DNA from: Opitutales bacterium
GTDB taxonomy: Bacteria > Verrucomicrobiota > Verrucomicrobiia > Opitutales > PNEW01
Assembly: GCA_965197745.1 (NCBI GenBank)
Contig: CBDANS010000006.1
Location: 1,152,001-1,216,000 of the forward strand
Length of the DNA: 64,000 nucleotides
Direction: 5' to 3'
Shown: positions 20,200 through 31,078 of the stretch, one piece after another
Layout: every line of letters begins with the position of its first letter
Numbering within the stretch: position 1 is the first letter of the stretch
Made by a program: the position numbers and the translations under genes
Notes under the pieces: model-generated
Database searches by the model: none
Seen by the model: the letters and a program-made list of their open reading frames with translations, nothing else
What the model was told of the DNA's origin: nothing

Positions 20200-22152
20200 T
20201 TATTGTTTAATATAAATCTGTTCGTTGTATAGAGAGCGACCCCAGCCCCGGTAAATGTAGGCGTGAGTACTTGTCCAGGGGACATTGCCGAGGCGTATGT
20301 GCGCGCCCCAGACAAAATAAGCCGAGCCAACAACAATTACCGGAATATTATCGGTGTGCAGATCGCGAACGCGGATCATATACTCACGGACTTTGGCCGG
20401 GTCGGTAGTGGTGAGGACTGATTCGATGTAACGAGTTGCGTCGTGTAACCAATTCGGCCCCTCTTTATGCGCATTACGATGCCAATAGGGGGCCGTTGGT
20501 CCTGTAATTGCCCAATTAGACATTTCGCTGAGAGGATCGGTATGGCCTGATTGTCCCCATTGATGGATATCAAAATCGCCACTTAAATAACGAGGTATAA
20601 TCAATTCTCTCAGCAGCGGATTAATGTTGGTCTTAATTCCAATTTTTTTCCAATGTGCAGAAACAATTTCGCAAACATCGATACCAATTTTTTTTGTAGA
20701 TGTTACATTGATATTCATCTCAAATCGGGTTCCATCTTTGAATTCACGAAACCCGTCACCATCCGTATCACGATACCCAGCCTCTTCCAGTAAGGCGCGA
20801 GATTTTTCTGGATCGTATGCGGAATATTTCATGTGGGCCTCCTTTGAATAGTAAGGATTGGGCGGGCCGAACGAATATCCAGACGGGTCGAATATACCGA
20901 AATAAATGATCTCTTTGATTTCTTCCCGGTTGATAGCATGAGATAAAGCCATGCGCACATTCTTGTTCCGAAATGCTTCCCGCATCGCGGGATTGTGCGC
21001 GTCCCAATTAAGGTAGAAAGCGGGGCCATGAGTAGGGCCAGATACGCGGAGCTTAAACCGCCCTTTTTGTTCTTCCGATTTAAGCGTGGGATACATGTCC
21101 ATCTGAAAATATCTTCCGAAAAGATCGAGTTCACCATTGATAAAATTCAGAAGCAGAACTTTAGGGTTCTGAATGATTTCAAAGGTGTACCTGTCAGCGT
21201 AGGGTAGCTGGTTCCCCTCACTATCAATCTTCCAGTAATAGGGGTTTCGCTCATAGACAATGCGTTGACCAGATACCCATTCCACGGGCACCCATGCGGA
21301 GAGCCGTGGCAGACCTGGTCGCATGACAAGCTGCGCGCTGGTCGTGAGATCGCGAAAGTCCTTGTAATTGGCATCTGGATTGTATTTCGGGTGGTGTTTG
21401 GCGAGGATGTGTTTGGGGTAGGCAATATCTTCGTGACTGAGCGCTTTGCGGACACGCCCCAATGGTTTTGGAGAGGAGATCTTCAACGTGTGCGCATCGA
21501 TTTTTTCTAATTTTATCGGTTTACCATCCACTTGCCAATAGGGTGGCGGTATCGTGGGTGTGCTTCGCGCGCTGTTGTTAAAGACCATGTCGTAATACCA
21601 GAAAAGTATGTCGTCGACGGTGAAAGGAACACCATCCGACCACTTTACCCCTTTCCGTATATTTACAATAGCCGTTTTCCCATCGTCGGATAATGCAAAG
21701 TGATCAGCGAGATTGAGCTGAATACTTTTTGGCGGGTAGGGCCGCTCATAGCCCATCAAGTTATCATTGAAGGATTTTACCGGACCTTGTGTATCGCCGA
21801 TATCACTGGTGAGCGCCCGTCGAATCGTTCCCCCGTAATTACCAATTTCTTCTAAGGGAACAACGACGAGCGGGTTATCCGGGAGTCGTTCACTGACCGA
21901 CGGCAGCGCACCTGCTTTAACTTTCGCGGCCAACATCGGTGCCTCATTAAAGCTGCGGTTCGTGAGTATTGCGGAGTCAATTTTTAAGGGGGCCCTGGTT
22001 ATTATTTCGCGTTGAGCAATAATTTCTTCATTACCGGTTTCGGACAAAGGTTCAAGTTCGGGGTCAGGTGCTAAACAACGGCACAGCATAAGTGCGAGAA
22101 CCAGAGACAGGATCACGGGTAATACTGGTTGCTGCATATGATCTATTCTCAC
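20200..22152 (-). CDS. ABC transporter substrate-binding protein, family 5 (peptide/oligosaccharide)
   Basis: EAPML...LPSVSERLP, KGVKWSDG.PFT.DD, RNPYYWKID.EGNQLPY. Confidence 0.93.
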   Translation of the reverse strand: MRIDHMQQPVLPVILSLVLALMLCRCLAPDPELEPLSETGNEEIIAQREIITRAPLKIDSAILTNRSFNEAPMLAAKVKAGALPSVSERLPDNPLVVVPLEEIGNYGGTIRRALTSDIGDTQGPVKSFNDNLMGYERPYPPKSIQLNLADHFALSDDGKTAIVNIRKGVKWSDGVPFTVDDILFWYYDMVFNNSARSTPTIPPPYWQVDGKPIKLEKIDAHTLKISSPKPLGRVRKALSHEDIAYPKHILAKHHPKYNPDANYKDFRDLTTSAQLVMRPGLPRLSAWVPVEWVSGQRIVYERNPYYWKIDSEGNQLPYADRYTFEIIQNPKVLLLNFINGELDLFGRYFQMDMYPTLKSEEQKGRFKLRVSGPTHGPAFYLNWDAHNPAMREAFRNKNVRMALSHAINREEIKEIIYFGIFDPSGYSFGPPNPYYSKEAHMKYSAYDPEKSRALLEEAGYRDTDGDGFREFKDGTRFEMNINVTSTKKIGIDVCEIVSAHWKKIGIKTNINPLLRELIIPRYLSGDFDIHQWGQSGHTDPLSEMSNWAITGPTAPYWHRNAHKEGPNWLHDATRYIESVLTTTDPAKVREYMIRVRDLHTDNIPVIVVGSAYFVWGAHIRLGNVPWTSTHAYIYRGWGRSLYNEQIYIKQ

Positions 22153-22164
22153 TCCTATTATAGC

Positions 22165-22462
22165 TTATTGTCTTATGTAATTCTGCTCGTAATAAAGTGA
22201 GCGACCCCATCCCCGGTAAACATAAGCATTGGTGCTTGTCCAGGGCACATTATCCAGGCGGGAGCTGGCACCCCACACATAATAAACCGAGCTTACAACA
22301 ATAACGGGAATGTTATCCATATGCAGATCGCAAATGTGGTTCATATATCCGCGGAGCTCGGTTGCATCAACGGTGGTTATAGCGTCAATGTATTTTGGGT
22401 GCAATGGATCGATGTATCCCTTGATGTCGGTGCTGAGAATGGCCGTTAGCTTACGTTCCGTG
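22165..22462 (-). pseudogene. Chimeric remnant: adenylate-cyclase-like N-terminal motif fused to a duplicate of the SBP C-terminus
   Basis: ERKLTAILSTDIKGY followed by DLHMDNIPVIVVSSVYYVWGA...RGWGRSLYYEQ, which mirrors the end of 20200..22152. Confidence 0.65.
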
Positions 22463-22805
22463 ACTGATCGCTCCCCTCTTAATGTGCTACCTGCACAATT
22501 CAAAACAGATCAGCCTATTACTTCCGTGCTTTGTGTGTCAATTCAGGGTGAAGCCATGGTATTCATCCTAACAATACTCACATGCCATCCACAGCTTAGT
22601 AATCTCGAGCACTGACAAGCGATGAGAGCGTTTTGGTGGTGGTGACATAAGGGGTCAAACGTAGAATTTAAATGTTATCAACCGATGCCAAATTTCTAAT
22701 CTTATGAAAATGCATCCATGCTCCATTGTTCATGATCCAAGAAATTCTTGTCAACTTATCAATGTTTAAATTCTTCGTTTGACCCTTTTACCTATTCCCC
22801 CATTT

Positions 22806-22994
22806 TGATTTGCGATTGCCGATTTGCGATGAGGGATGTCGGGCTGCGCCTCGGTAGTCCATTGTGTTGAATAGCCACCAGCCGTCGCCAAGGCTATGGC
22901 AGGCAGGCAAGAGGTACAAAAAGCACAAGAGATATTCGTTTAGAAATCTGTTTGGGAACAGCCAGGCACAATCCGCAATCGCAAATCGACAATT
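22806..22994. repeat. Composite intergenic repeat (heptamer arrays with nested micro-palindromes)
   Basis: GATTTGC/GCAAATC heptamers in inverted arrangement around GGCTGCGCCTCGGTAG and GCCGTCGCCAAGGCTATGGCAGGCAGGC. Confidence 0.65.
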
Positions 22995-22997
22995 GCC

Positions 22998-25220
22998 TCA
23001 TTCAATCGTTACTTCATCGACCTCGACGGTAATCTCATCCCCATCCTCGTTGACGAATGTCGCATTGATACTCTGAGTTGGTTGAGGGGTGTTGTCCGAT
23101 TTAAAGTTGTTCTGCGTAATCAAGGTCTCAAACCCGGGTGTCGTCGATCCGCTTGGCGCTATTACTATAGAGGTTCCATTAGTCTGCATGAGATCCCCTC
23201 CGGTGATCCGCAACCCGGGGTTACCGGCGGGAACCGTGAAGGAGCCAGAGCCAAACAACAGGTGTGGTAATGCATCGCCATCAGCATCAATGTCACCTAC
23301 AGTTAAGCGTACCGCGATCGGTACGCCACGCGCATCGAAGCCAACCTTGCCGGTGCTTCCACTGAACACAGCATTCGATAACTGTACCCCTCCCAGTCCC
23401 GTGGAGTTGACTACTTCCACGAGGGCTACGTCGGCCTGGGCGTCATAGACCTGTCCTTCGGGGAACAGTGCCTGGTTAAAGGCGTTGATCCTGCCCACCG
23501 TGAAAATGCTGAAGAAGGTATTGGCGTCCGCTCCGTCAATGACCACGCTCGGCTTGCCCGTCACATATTCGACGGCCTGGTTGTAGCGTGGGGGGACGGC
23601 CGGGGGCAGGAAGGTTGCCGGGTCGAGGGTTACGGTAAAGGTACCGTTACCTGAGAACTCTACCTGTACAATGTCTTCGTTTTCGTCCATGAAGGAAACG
23701 CGGGTGATCTGTCCCGGTTTGGCCTGGAGTTGGACGGACTCTCCGGTGAGTAATATCTGGTCGAAGACGTTACCGTTGGCATGCTGAATGTCTTCACCCG
23801 CGATATCCCCCGAGCCATCGAGAACGAGGGGAACGGAAGTCGCTGCTACGGTGATGACCGCGGTATCGCTGTCAGCGCTTCCTCCAGCGTTAGTTATCTG
23901 TGCCCAGAAGTTAGTGCTCGCAGTGAGAGCACCGGTAGTTAAAGTGCCACTGGTCGCACCGGCGATGGGACTGGCGGTGTCGCCGCTGTTACCGGTAAAC
24001 CATTGGTAAGAGAGATCATCACCGCTGGCGGCAACAGTGAGGACTACCGCGGTGCCGGATGGGACTTCCTGGCTCGCGGGCTGGGTGGTGATAGATGGAC
24101 CTGTTTGGGGGGGCGGTTCGCCGCCACCGTCGAAACCCGGGGCTCCAATAGGAGTAAAACCGAAGTCGTCGATAGTCGTTGAGCTGAATAATGGATTTAC
24201 ATCTTTATTATCGATTAAAAGGATTTTGGCAATGCCGCCTACAGCTCCCAATTCACTGGCAAGAAATGTATAATGAGGAACTCCTGATCCCTGCAGGACA
24301 TTCTGCTGCAGGTCTGTTTCCCTGGCGATTAAATTATCTTCAGTATCATATACCTCAATAGTACCATCGGATTCACCGCCACTGCTAGCTGCTAACGTGA
24401 TGGTGGAGGCAAAAAATTGTACCCGCGCCGCCGGTGTTTCGAAGGTGATCGTTCCGGTATCACCATTCTGAACTCTCCAGTTAGCACGTTTTGTGCGGGA
24501 TTGTTCGTTGAGCGGAGGTGAAGTTTCCTCGGATAAATCTGCGCCTGAAAAGGTCGCGGTAATGGGTGATGTTCCAAGGGTAATATCATCATTCGACTCG
24601 GGGAATTCAGAAAAGAAAGTAAATACCGTGTTGTTCCTCGGCCCATCGATGAGGGTATAACCCACATCGTCGACGACTAGTGTACCCGAAACATTCAGGA
24701 ATTTTATTTCATTCATACCGTCAATGTAATTGAGATCTGTTTCGTCGAAGTAATTGCCACTGAAAGCCACGATTCTTTGCAGCGCGGGATTGGAATCAGG
24801 ATTGATGCTGGTTGGAAAACCCGTAAAAATGCCCTGCTGAGTTAATTCAATTAATTCGACTCCCACAATATCGACGGTAATTTCTCGAACCTCGATCTTG
24901 CCCGCGCCCGCGGTTTCAGCCACGTAGAATTCGATTTCAGCAATCCCTTTTCTCGTGAAGATTTTTCCCTCCTGGCCGGGTCCCAGAGTTATTGCTTTCG
25001 TTCCTGAGTGCAACAGACTTGGGTCCTCCAGCGTTGTTACTGTAAACCCGATGAATTGGATATCATTAGGCGGGGCACCGAGTAAAAAGTCTCCCGATCC
25101 TTCGGCATCTTCAAAATCCAAAAATACTTCCTGGTCCTGTGGAAGCGCTCGGAGAAGAAGTGGAAATAAAAGTGAAATTAGCGATACCGATACGAGATTT
25201 TTTATACGCATTTTGACCAC
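22998..25220 (-). CDS. Secreted multi-domain protein (beta-rich N-terminal repeats, Ig-like domain, conserved C-terminal domain)
   Basis: Signal peptide, PSITTQPASQ..L.YQW Ig motif; C-terminal ~270 aa similar to 47571..48455. Confidence 0.88.
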   Translation of the reverse strand: MVKMRIKNLVSVSLISLLFPLLLRALPQDQEVFLDFEDAEGSGDFLLGAPPNDIQFIGFTVTTLEDPSLLHSGTKAITLGPGQEGKIFTRKGIAEIEFYVAETAGAGKIEVREITVDIVGVELIELTQQGIFTGFPTSINPDSNPALQRIVAFSGNYFDETDLNYIDGMNEIKFLNVSGTLVVDDVGYTLIDGPRNNTVFTFFSEFPESNDDITLGTSPITATFSGADLSEETSPPLNEQSRTKRANWRVQNGDTGTITFETPAARVQFFASTITLAASSGGESDGTIEVYDTEDNLIARETDLQQNVLQGSGVPHYTFLASELGAVGGIAKILLIDNKDVNPLFSSTTIDDFGFTPIGAPGFDGGGEPPPQTGPSITTQPASQEVPSGTAVVLTVAASGDDLSYQWFTGNSGDTASPIAGATSGTLTTGALTASTNFWAQITNAGGSADSDTAVITVAATSVPLVLDGSGDIAGEDIQHANGNVFDQILLTGESVQLQAKPGQITRVSFMDENEDIVQVEFSGNGTFTVTLDPATFLPPAVPPRYNQAVEYVTGKPSVVIDGADANTFFSIFTVGRINAFNQALFPEGQVYDAQADVALVEVVNSTGLGGVQLSNAVFSGSTGKVGFDARGVPIAVRLTVGDIDADGDALPHLLFGSGSFTVPAGNPGLRITGGDLMQTNGTSIVIAPSGSTTPGFETLITQNNFKSDNTPQPTQSINATFVNEDGDEITVEVDEVTIE

Positions 25221-25557
25221 TGGATTTGATTTAACTCCGAATCCCAGTTTATTCGACTGCTGCTTTTGTAACAGTAAAAAGATCTCGGATTCAACAATTA
25301 ATTGTGATTTCAGTAAATTAATTCAGCAACTAGACTTCCCCCCCGCGGTGACGGAGCTTCCACCTTCGTTCAGTAGGGGTGAACTACGGCGTGACAAGAC
25401 GTATTGTAGGTTAGCTAGTAGTAGTCGAAACCTGGTAGAACTCGTACACCTATCGATAGGTTGGAAGCTGCTTGTCAGCCGTGGCGATCCAGGGGAATGT
25501 CAATACGCGTCCGGCATTCCCAAGGAATGGAAGATGTGGCTTTTCGCAATAACAAAA

Positions 25558-25632
25558 GGTGAAGCGGGCTGTCCCTAGCGCGCTTCTTCAATTGCGACAC
25601 TCTCAAACGCGGTAGGGACACCGCGTTCCACC
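25558..25632. repeat. REP-like inverted pair (related single copy at 55554..55581)
   Basis: GGTGAAGCGGGCTGTCCCTAGCGCGCTT ... AACGCGGTAGGGACACCGCGTTCCACC. Confidence 0.65.
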
Positions 25633-26032
25633 ATTGCGTTTCAATTTCGGGTTCCAATAGCCTTTATTAGTTTTTGGCATATTTTTACCTGCCTTGCAAT
25701 GGTGTCCATGCCAGAAGCAGGCATGCGCAGAATATAACCTTTTTCCGTTTGGTGAAAACTACGTCTGGCTTTCCGGGCAACGCATTATAATGAATCCTGT
25801 ATCCTCTAAATCCCATGTCTAATAAAAGACGCCTTAGCTTCAATTCAGGAGTAGTATTTTTCGACTTAACCCGTGCCATATGAGGTCTAGAAATATTAAA
25901 TTAAAAAATACTTTTAGGGTTTGACATATTTATAAATAGTTAAGTGAGAATGGTTATTTGGGGTTTTTTAAAAATAGACGATATTAAACCCTTTGCGAAA
26001 TATGAGATTTGGCCCTTAAAGTGAACATTCCG
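25632..26032 (-). mobile_element. Truncated second copy of the vsr-carrying TIR element
   Basis: Near-identical to 18722..19122 with the same vsr frameshift; one TIR retained. Confidence 0.85.
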
Positions 26033-26064
26033 TAATACAAAGAACGACACTTTTGGACTGTGTT

Positions 26065-27460
26065 CTAATCTTTTCGCCCCAGGAGCAAGATGATCAAACC
26101 TGCTAAAACACCGATCATTCCCTCATATACCATATTATGCCAGCCCAGATACCGCCAAAATAAGACCATCGATAATCCCGTGCAAACGGCCATTATGCTC
26201 ACCCTTTGGCTGGGCTTTGTTCCCAGGCACAACACCAACAACAAAGGGGCAAAGGCACTGCCCATTCCAGACCAAGCCATCATAACCAAGCCAAAAACAC
26301 TCTGGCTACTGGCCAAGGCCCAAAGGAGTGCGCCGACGGTTAATAGCCATCGTGATTGCCTTTATTAAGATGGTGCTTTCGATTCTGCGCGGCAATAAAT
26401 CATGCGTTATTGCCGCTGAGCAGCCGAGGATCAACGAGTCGGCAGTGGACATGGTGGCGGCAAAGATACCGGCCAGCATCAATCCCACCAATGCGGGAGG
26501 CAACAGATGCAGTGCCATCGTGGGCAAAGCGAGTTCCGCGTCAAAAGAACCAGCGTCGGCAAAATAAATACACGAAAGCAACCCTACGCCGAGTGCCATG
26601 CAGAAAAAGACAAAACTCCAGAGGTAATACCATAGCCTTGCCTGATACATTTTACCGGTGTCTTCCAGGGTCATGAAACGCACCATGATATGGGGTTGAC
26701 CGATGACCGCCAGACCGGCAAATAACCAACTGATCGCAAACAATAGGCCACCGCTCAGGCCGGGGAAGGCCGTATTGGCAGGGAACCAATCAAGGAAGCC
26801 CTCGATTTGGTCCATTTGCTCAAAAGTGCTGGCTACGCCTCCCAGAGATTCAACTACCACAATCAGAAGCAGGCCCATAGCCAGCACCATCACGGCAGAT
26901 TGCGCCGCGTCGGTCCAGATCGAGGCGCGAATACCGCCCGCGCAACAATACAAGGTCACCAAAACTGAGCCCATCACGGCTCCCGCCCAGTAAGGCCATT
27001 CAAACAGGACGTGCAGCGCTTTACTCCCGGCGACAAGTTGCGCCCCGGCATAGGCCATGAGAAAGACCAGGGAGATGGCCCCAATGACACGCTGCAATAC
27101 GGAATTACGTAGCTCATGCCAATAACTGATCACCCCTGCGTAACTGACTTCCCCGGTTCCCTCCGTAGCTGCTCTAAGTCGAGAATGAACCAGAAAAGAA
27201 GCCAGAAAATCGCCCACGAAAAGTCCGGACATTACCCAGATGGACGACAACCCGACGCCGTAGGCATATCCAATCCATCCGGTGAACATGAAACCGCTAT
27301 TTTTGGTTGCCACTGCGGACAGCCCAACCAACCAGGGTCTCACCGTTCCGCTGGCAAGGTAATAGTCTTGCCTGGTGCCACGGTGTTGCCAGACCGAGGA
27401 CAAGCCAATCAAAGTAAAGCCCAAAAGACAGCAGATAAAAACGCTAATCATGACAGCCAC
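26065..27460 (-). pseudogene. putP: Sodium/proline symporter (SSS family), frameshifted near 26330
   Basis: DYYLA, GLSAVAT, GG..ASIWTD, GQPHIMVRFM, AATMSTADS; C-terminus in a second frame (AWSGMGSAFAP). Confidence 0.82.
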
Positions 27461-28329
27461 TTATATATGCGGCTCTCTGATTGAGACTAGCCCAAAAATC
27501 TCATACCTTTCATAGCGAGACTGCATAGACTGCTATAAATTACAGCCCTTCAGAAGCAGAAGGTTTGTGAGGATTTCGGAGGACAATGAATAACAATCAG
27601 GTGAAGCTGGGCTTGTTTCTAAGGGGGGATCAATTTGTTTCCAGCATCCTGACAGTGAAAGATATTTGAGTATGCCCATGGAGTACCCCTTTAACCCCTA
27701 TGCTTCCACCAAAACGCGTATACGGTGTTTCCCATGCTGCCCATTTCTCTTAAGAGTGCCAAAGGCACTGTATTTTGATCGGACATGAGTGGGCGCAAGC
27801 ACACGAAGTCCCGTAACAGTAACCAGGGCTTGTTCGAAGAACGCAAACTCGGCCCGTGTATATCCCATGAATACCATCAGGGGATGTCTTTCGAGAGAAT
27901 CTCATGCCAGAGGCAATAACATAACACCTCAGAACTGTCCTCTTCCAGATGGGGTTCGCTTATACTGCATGAGCGTGGAGTGCGTCGATTATTTAAGAGA
28001 TGGAAAGCAACGCTCTGATCCATAAAAAACGGGTTTGTGTTCCAGGAAAGATGTCAGCTGACAAGTCAAGTTATAGATGTTAAGGAGGGGCCAAAAAGGA
28101 AATTTAAAACAGGAAAGTATTAAATAAGATGAATTATCAAAACATTAGTTCAATAGTGCATTTTACCTGTGATCAGAAAAACTCATCTGAAACCTGAGTT
28201 TCTGAATCTGCTTCATCGGGAAATCTGGAGGTGCTATTACAGGTACCTTCGCGATTAAACTTGTCTCTACCGGGCGCATAAATTCATTGTTTTCATCACA
28301 AGGTGCACTTAATCGGCAATGTTAAATCT

Positions 28330-28523
28330 ACTCAAAAATTCTTGGCCGATTCCTGACTGAACCTCATCAAAAAGTATTATTCCTGCCAATTCCTGGCAAA
28401 CATTTTGAGGCAAGGTCAGGAAAACAAAGGAAAATATAAATTATTATTGTATCGTTATTTAAATGTAACTATTTGTTAATAAGCAGCTTATAAGGCATTA
28501 TTGAGTCCCGTTCATAGTCGGTT
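28330..28523 (+). mobile_element. Element end with ATTCCT direct repeats terminating at TCGGTT (homologous to 45893..46086)
   Basis: About 190-bp alignment with 45893..46086 that stops right after CCGTTCATAGTCGGTT. Confidence 0.7.
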
Positions 28524-28826
28524 TCATCGAATCGTTCCATGCTCGTTTTCGCGAGGAGTGTTTAACCGTGAACAGTTATGGACTTTAACCGAAGCGCGCG
28601 TGGTAATCGAAGATTGGCGCTGGCTTTACAATCATGTCCGTCCCCACCGCAGCCCCGGCAATGTCACCCAACGGCACTTTGCTGAAGACATCAATGCCAA
28701 AGGCTTGGGCTCCATTCGGGCTACGCCCTCATTGCGCCCAAGCCTTGACTTCCTCTACCAACTTAACTTCAACTTAAACCTCTCCAGACTAACTCTCCCG
28801 GTGGACCAGTTTGCGTAATCCGACCA
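28519..28826 (+). mobile_element. 3' fragment of IS-A with its IRR
   Basis: (N)GFIES..NREQLWTLTEAR..GSIRATPSL, ends GTAATCCGACCA. Confidence 0.88.
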
Positions 28827-29210
28827 GACGCTCAAAGCCATCCAGCAGTGTCTGCGAGAGCACCCGATCGGCACGATTTATATCGACCATGACTGTCTCT
28901 GGCACAACGGACCTGCCGAAAACTTCAACCATCGCTTACGGGCTGAATGCCTTGAGCGCGAGTTGCTATACACCCTGACTGAATCCCGTGTGGTAATCGA
29001 ACCATAGCATCAGACCTACAATAATGAACATCCCCACAGTCGTTTAGGCTTTAAAAGCCCACTAGAGTTTGTCCGTTTCCTTTCCGATCTTGGCCGCGTT
29101 CGGGCTATGCTCTCACTTCGCCAAGATCTCTCCTATACAGCAATCCTAAAACCATTAACACCCGATAACTCTCTCACTTAATAATTGGTACGAAATACGG
29201 GATCCGATCA
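28827..29210 (+). mobile_element. 3' fragment of another IS3 element
   Basis: TIYIDHDCLWHNGPAENFNHRLRAECLERE..HPHSRLG, ends GGATCCGATCA. Confidence 0.75.
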
Positions 29211-29220
29211 GCACAATCAG

Positions 29221-29403
29221 CCCGTGTACTTACCCTTCCTACAGAGTTAGGTTTATTCGCTCACCCCTAATTTCGGACACCCTTCTACCACCTTCTACCT
29301 GTCTTTGCCCATTGATGATTAATACTTTCTCCTATTTTTTTATTAGGTTTTCGACCCACGCCAGACTAAATTTTAATCGCTCCAGTTCTACGCGGACAGA
29401 TCA
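29221..29403 (-). mobile_element. Decayed left end of IS-B
   Basis: GCTCACCCCTAA..CCAGACTAAAT..GGACAGATCA aligns with 45634..45892, with deletions. Confidence 0.75.
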
Positions 29404-29685
29404 ATAAACAATTACTATTGATGCGTATACACCGTGTCAGGGTATTTTGTTACGCAAGTTTTAAGTGAATGTAATTTCTTTATAGCAACTACAAACCTCA
29501 CCCTCCTCTTTTCTAAGTTTTAATATTCCTATCTATTCCTATCAAATTATAAGCACTTTAGTTCCTAATCTTGCCTTTGTATACTAATTTAATGATTAGA
29601 CATTTTCAATACATTAATATCTATATATTAGATATTTATATAATATATAAGTACTTGGGTGATATTTATTATATATCTATATTAT

Positions 29686-29958
29686 CGGTTTCTCTGTCCG
29701 GTTTGCGAATATCCGGTTCGTGTCGGACCGCTCAAATACCTTTACTGGACGCGGCGCACATTTCGAAAGATTAAACTCGGAATGCAGGGAGACTTCACCA
29801 TGGACGAACCCTATACCTGTCCGGCATGCGGAACGGCGCTCTTCGAAACCTGCTCTTCCTGTGAGAATACGAGACACTCGCTTTTACCGAACTGCCACCA
29901 CTGCGGAGCCGGGAAGCCGGATTTCAACGTAAGTCTGGGGATCGAAGAGAGCTCATAA
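29686..29958 (+). pseudogene. 3' zinc-ribbon fragment, probably the C-terminus of the gene cut at 3347
   Basis: RFLCPVCEYP...CPACG...CSSC...CHHCG; no credible start; coding-like composition starts abruptly at CGGTT. Confidence 0.7.
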
Positions 29959-30044
29959 TCACCGTGCAGCTACGGCGGCAAAACTTTGCACGGCTGGAAG
30001 ATCATCAACTGATCCCTTATAACCCTCTGTAAAAAAATACGCCA

Positions 30045-30956
30045 TCAATCTCCGTTTGCTTTCGCCCATGCCCTCAACGGAACATCGTCCCAATTTTCCG
30101 GCTGCCAGTACTGAGATGTCGGGTGAAAATTGGGATCCTTGCCCAATGGATTGTCCCCTACGGCCAAGGCTCCAAGCAGCTGACGCCGAATCGGTGAACA
30201 TCTGGCGATTAGTTCAGGGTCCTGCTGATTATAATCCGTGGGACGGAGCCACCGGTAATGGTAGCCAATGTGCATGATTTTTCGAATTTTTTCCGAGAGG
30301 TTCGGGCCGACGCAGTGCCAGGTGGCGGTACGCCACAACACCGCGGCCCCCGGCGGCAGCTTGAGTTCAACCGCGTCGAAAGCATCTGACTTGTCCTTCA
30401 TGGCCCACAATTCTTGAGGGGTCCGCTTGTAACTGCCCGGTGCTAACCACAGGTTACCGCAATTGGATTCACTAAGATCAGAGAGGACGTAGAACACTTT
30501 AATCTCCATGAAAGGAAGCCGTCCATCGAGTGAAGGTGCCGAGAAGATATGTTCGCTCGCCAGGTCCGGATGCCAGTTGACATTCAGGTAACCGACCTGT
30601 TTGTCTGCGCCGTCCCCGGCGCCAACATCGCCTGCCTGCAGGTCTTCCGGGTAAGGGGGGCGGTAGTCGAGATGAGAGGTCCGGATCTGGATGTTCCAAC
30701 CGATTGCGTCAACGACCAGTGGCAGCATTCTTGGGTGGTCGATCAAGTCGAGAAAGGCATCGTGATGGGCTAAGGCATTACGGATCGCAAAGGGGTCATC
30801 AGGGCCGATTCCTTTTTCGTCGCGAATCTTAGCGGCAACCTCATCGATGGCTGACAGTAATCGATCTAACTCCTCACGGGTTAAAAAATTTTCGAGGATT
30901 ATGTATCCCAATTCCTCGAAGTCTTTCTTCTGCTGAGGTGTCATTGCCAGGAGCAT
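30045..30956 (-). CDS. Phytanoyl-CoA dioxygenase (PhyH) family protein
   Basis: FEELGYIILENFL, WHPD, TWHCVGPN. Confidence 0.9.
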   Translation of the reverse strand: MLLAMTPQQKKDFEELGYIILENFLTREELDRLLSAIDEVAAKIRDEKGIGPDDPFAIRNALAHHDAFLDLIDHPRMLPLVVDAIGWNIQIRTSHLDYRPPYPEDLQAGDVGAGDGADKQVGYLNVNWHPDLASEHIFSAPSLDGRLPFMEIKVFYVLSDLSESNCGNLWLAPGSYKRTPQELWAMKDKSDAFDAVELKLPPGAAVLWRTATWHCVGPNLSEKIRKIMHIGYHYRWLRPTDYNQQDPELIARCSPIRRQLLGALAVGDNPLGKDPNFHPTSQYWQPENWDDVPLRAWAKANGD

Positions 30957-31033
30957 GGGTTTCCTTTTATGAGTTTATTCACGCCCGAAAAATAGGGTAA
31001 TGGCAATTATTAATTAAGGCAGTGTTAGGTTTA

Positions 31034-31061
31034 AGGGTTCAGGGTTCAGGGTTCAGGGTTC
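31034..31061. repeat. (AGGGTTC)4 tandem heptamer
   Basis: Direct reading. Confidence 0.9.
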
Positions 31062-31078
31062 AAGAAAATCGATAGCGT

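Noticed and set aside
27480..28330. Long ORF-poor stretch, possible ncRNA or decayed transposase
   Set aside because: No convincing structure or protein motif could be read by eye.
28508..28523. GTTCATAGTCGGTT resembles a tRNA-CAT anticodon arm
   Set aside because: No cloverleaf, D-arm or T-arm on either side in either copy; the match is too short to call a tRNA remnant.
31034..31061. Short tandem repeats here and at 19969 as possible CRISPR or phase-variation tracts
   Set aside because: They are spacer-less heptamers in intergenic DNA, with no cas genes and no ORF affected.
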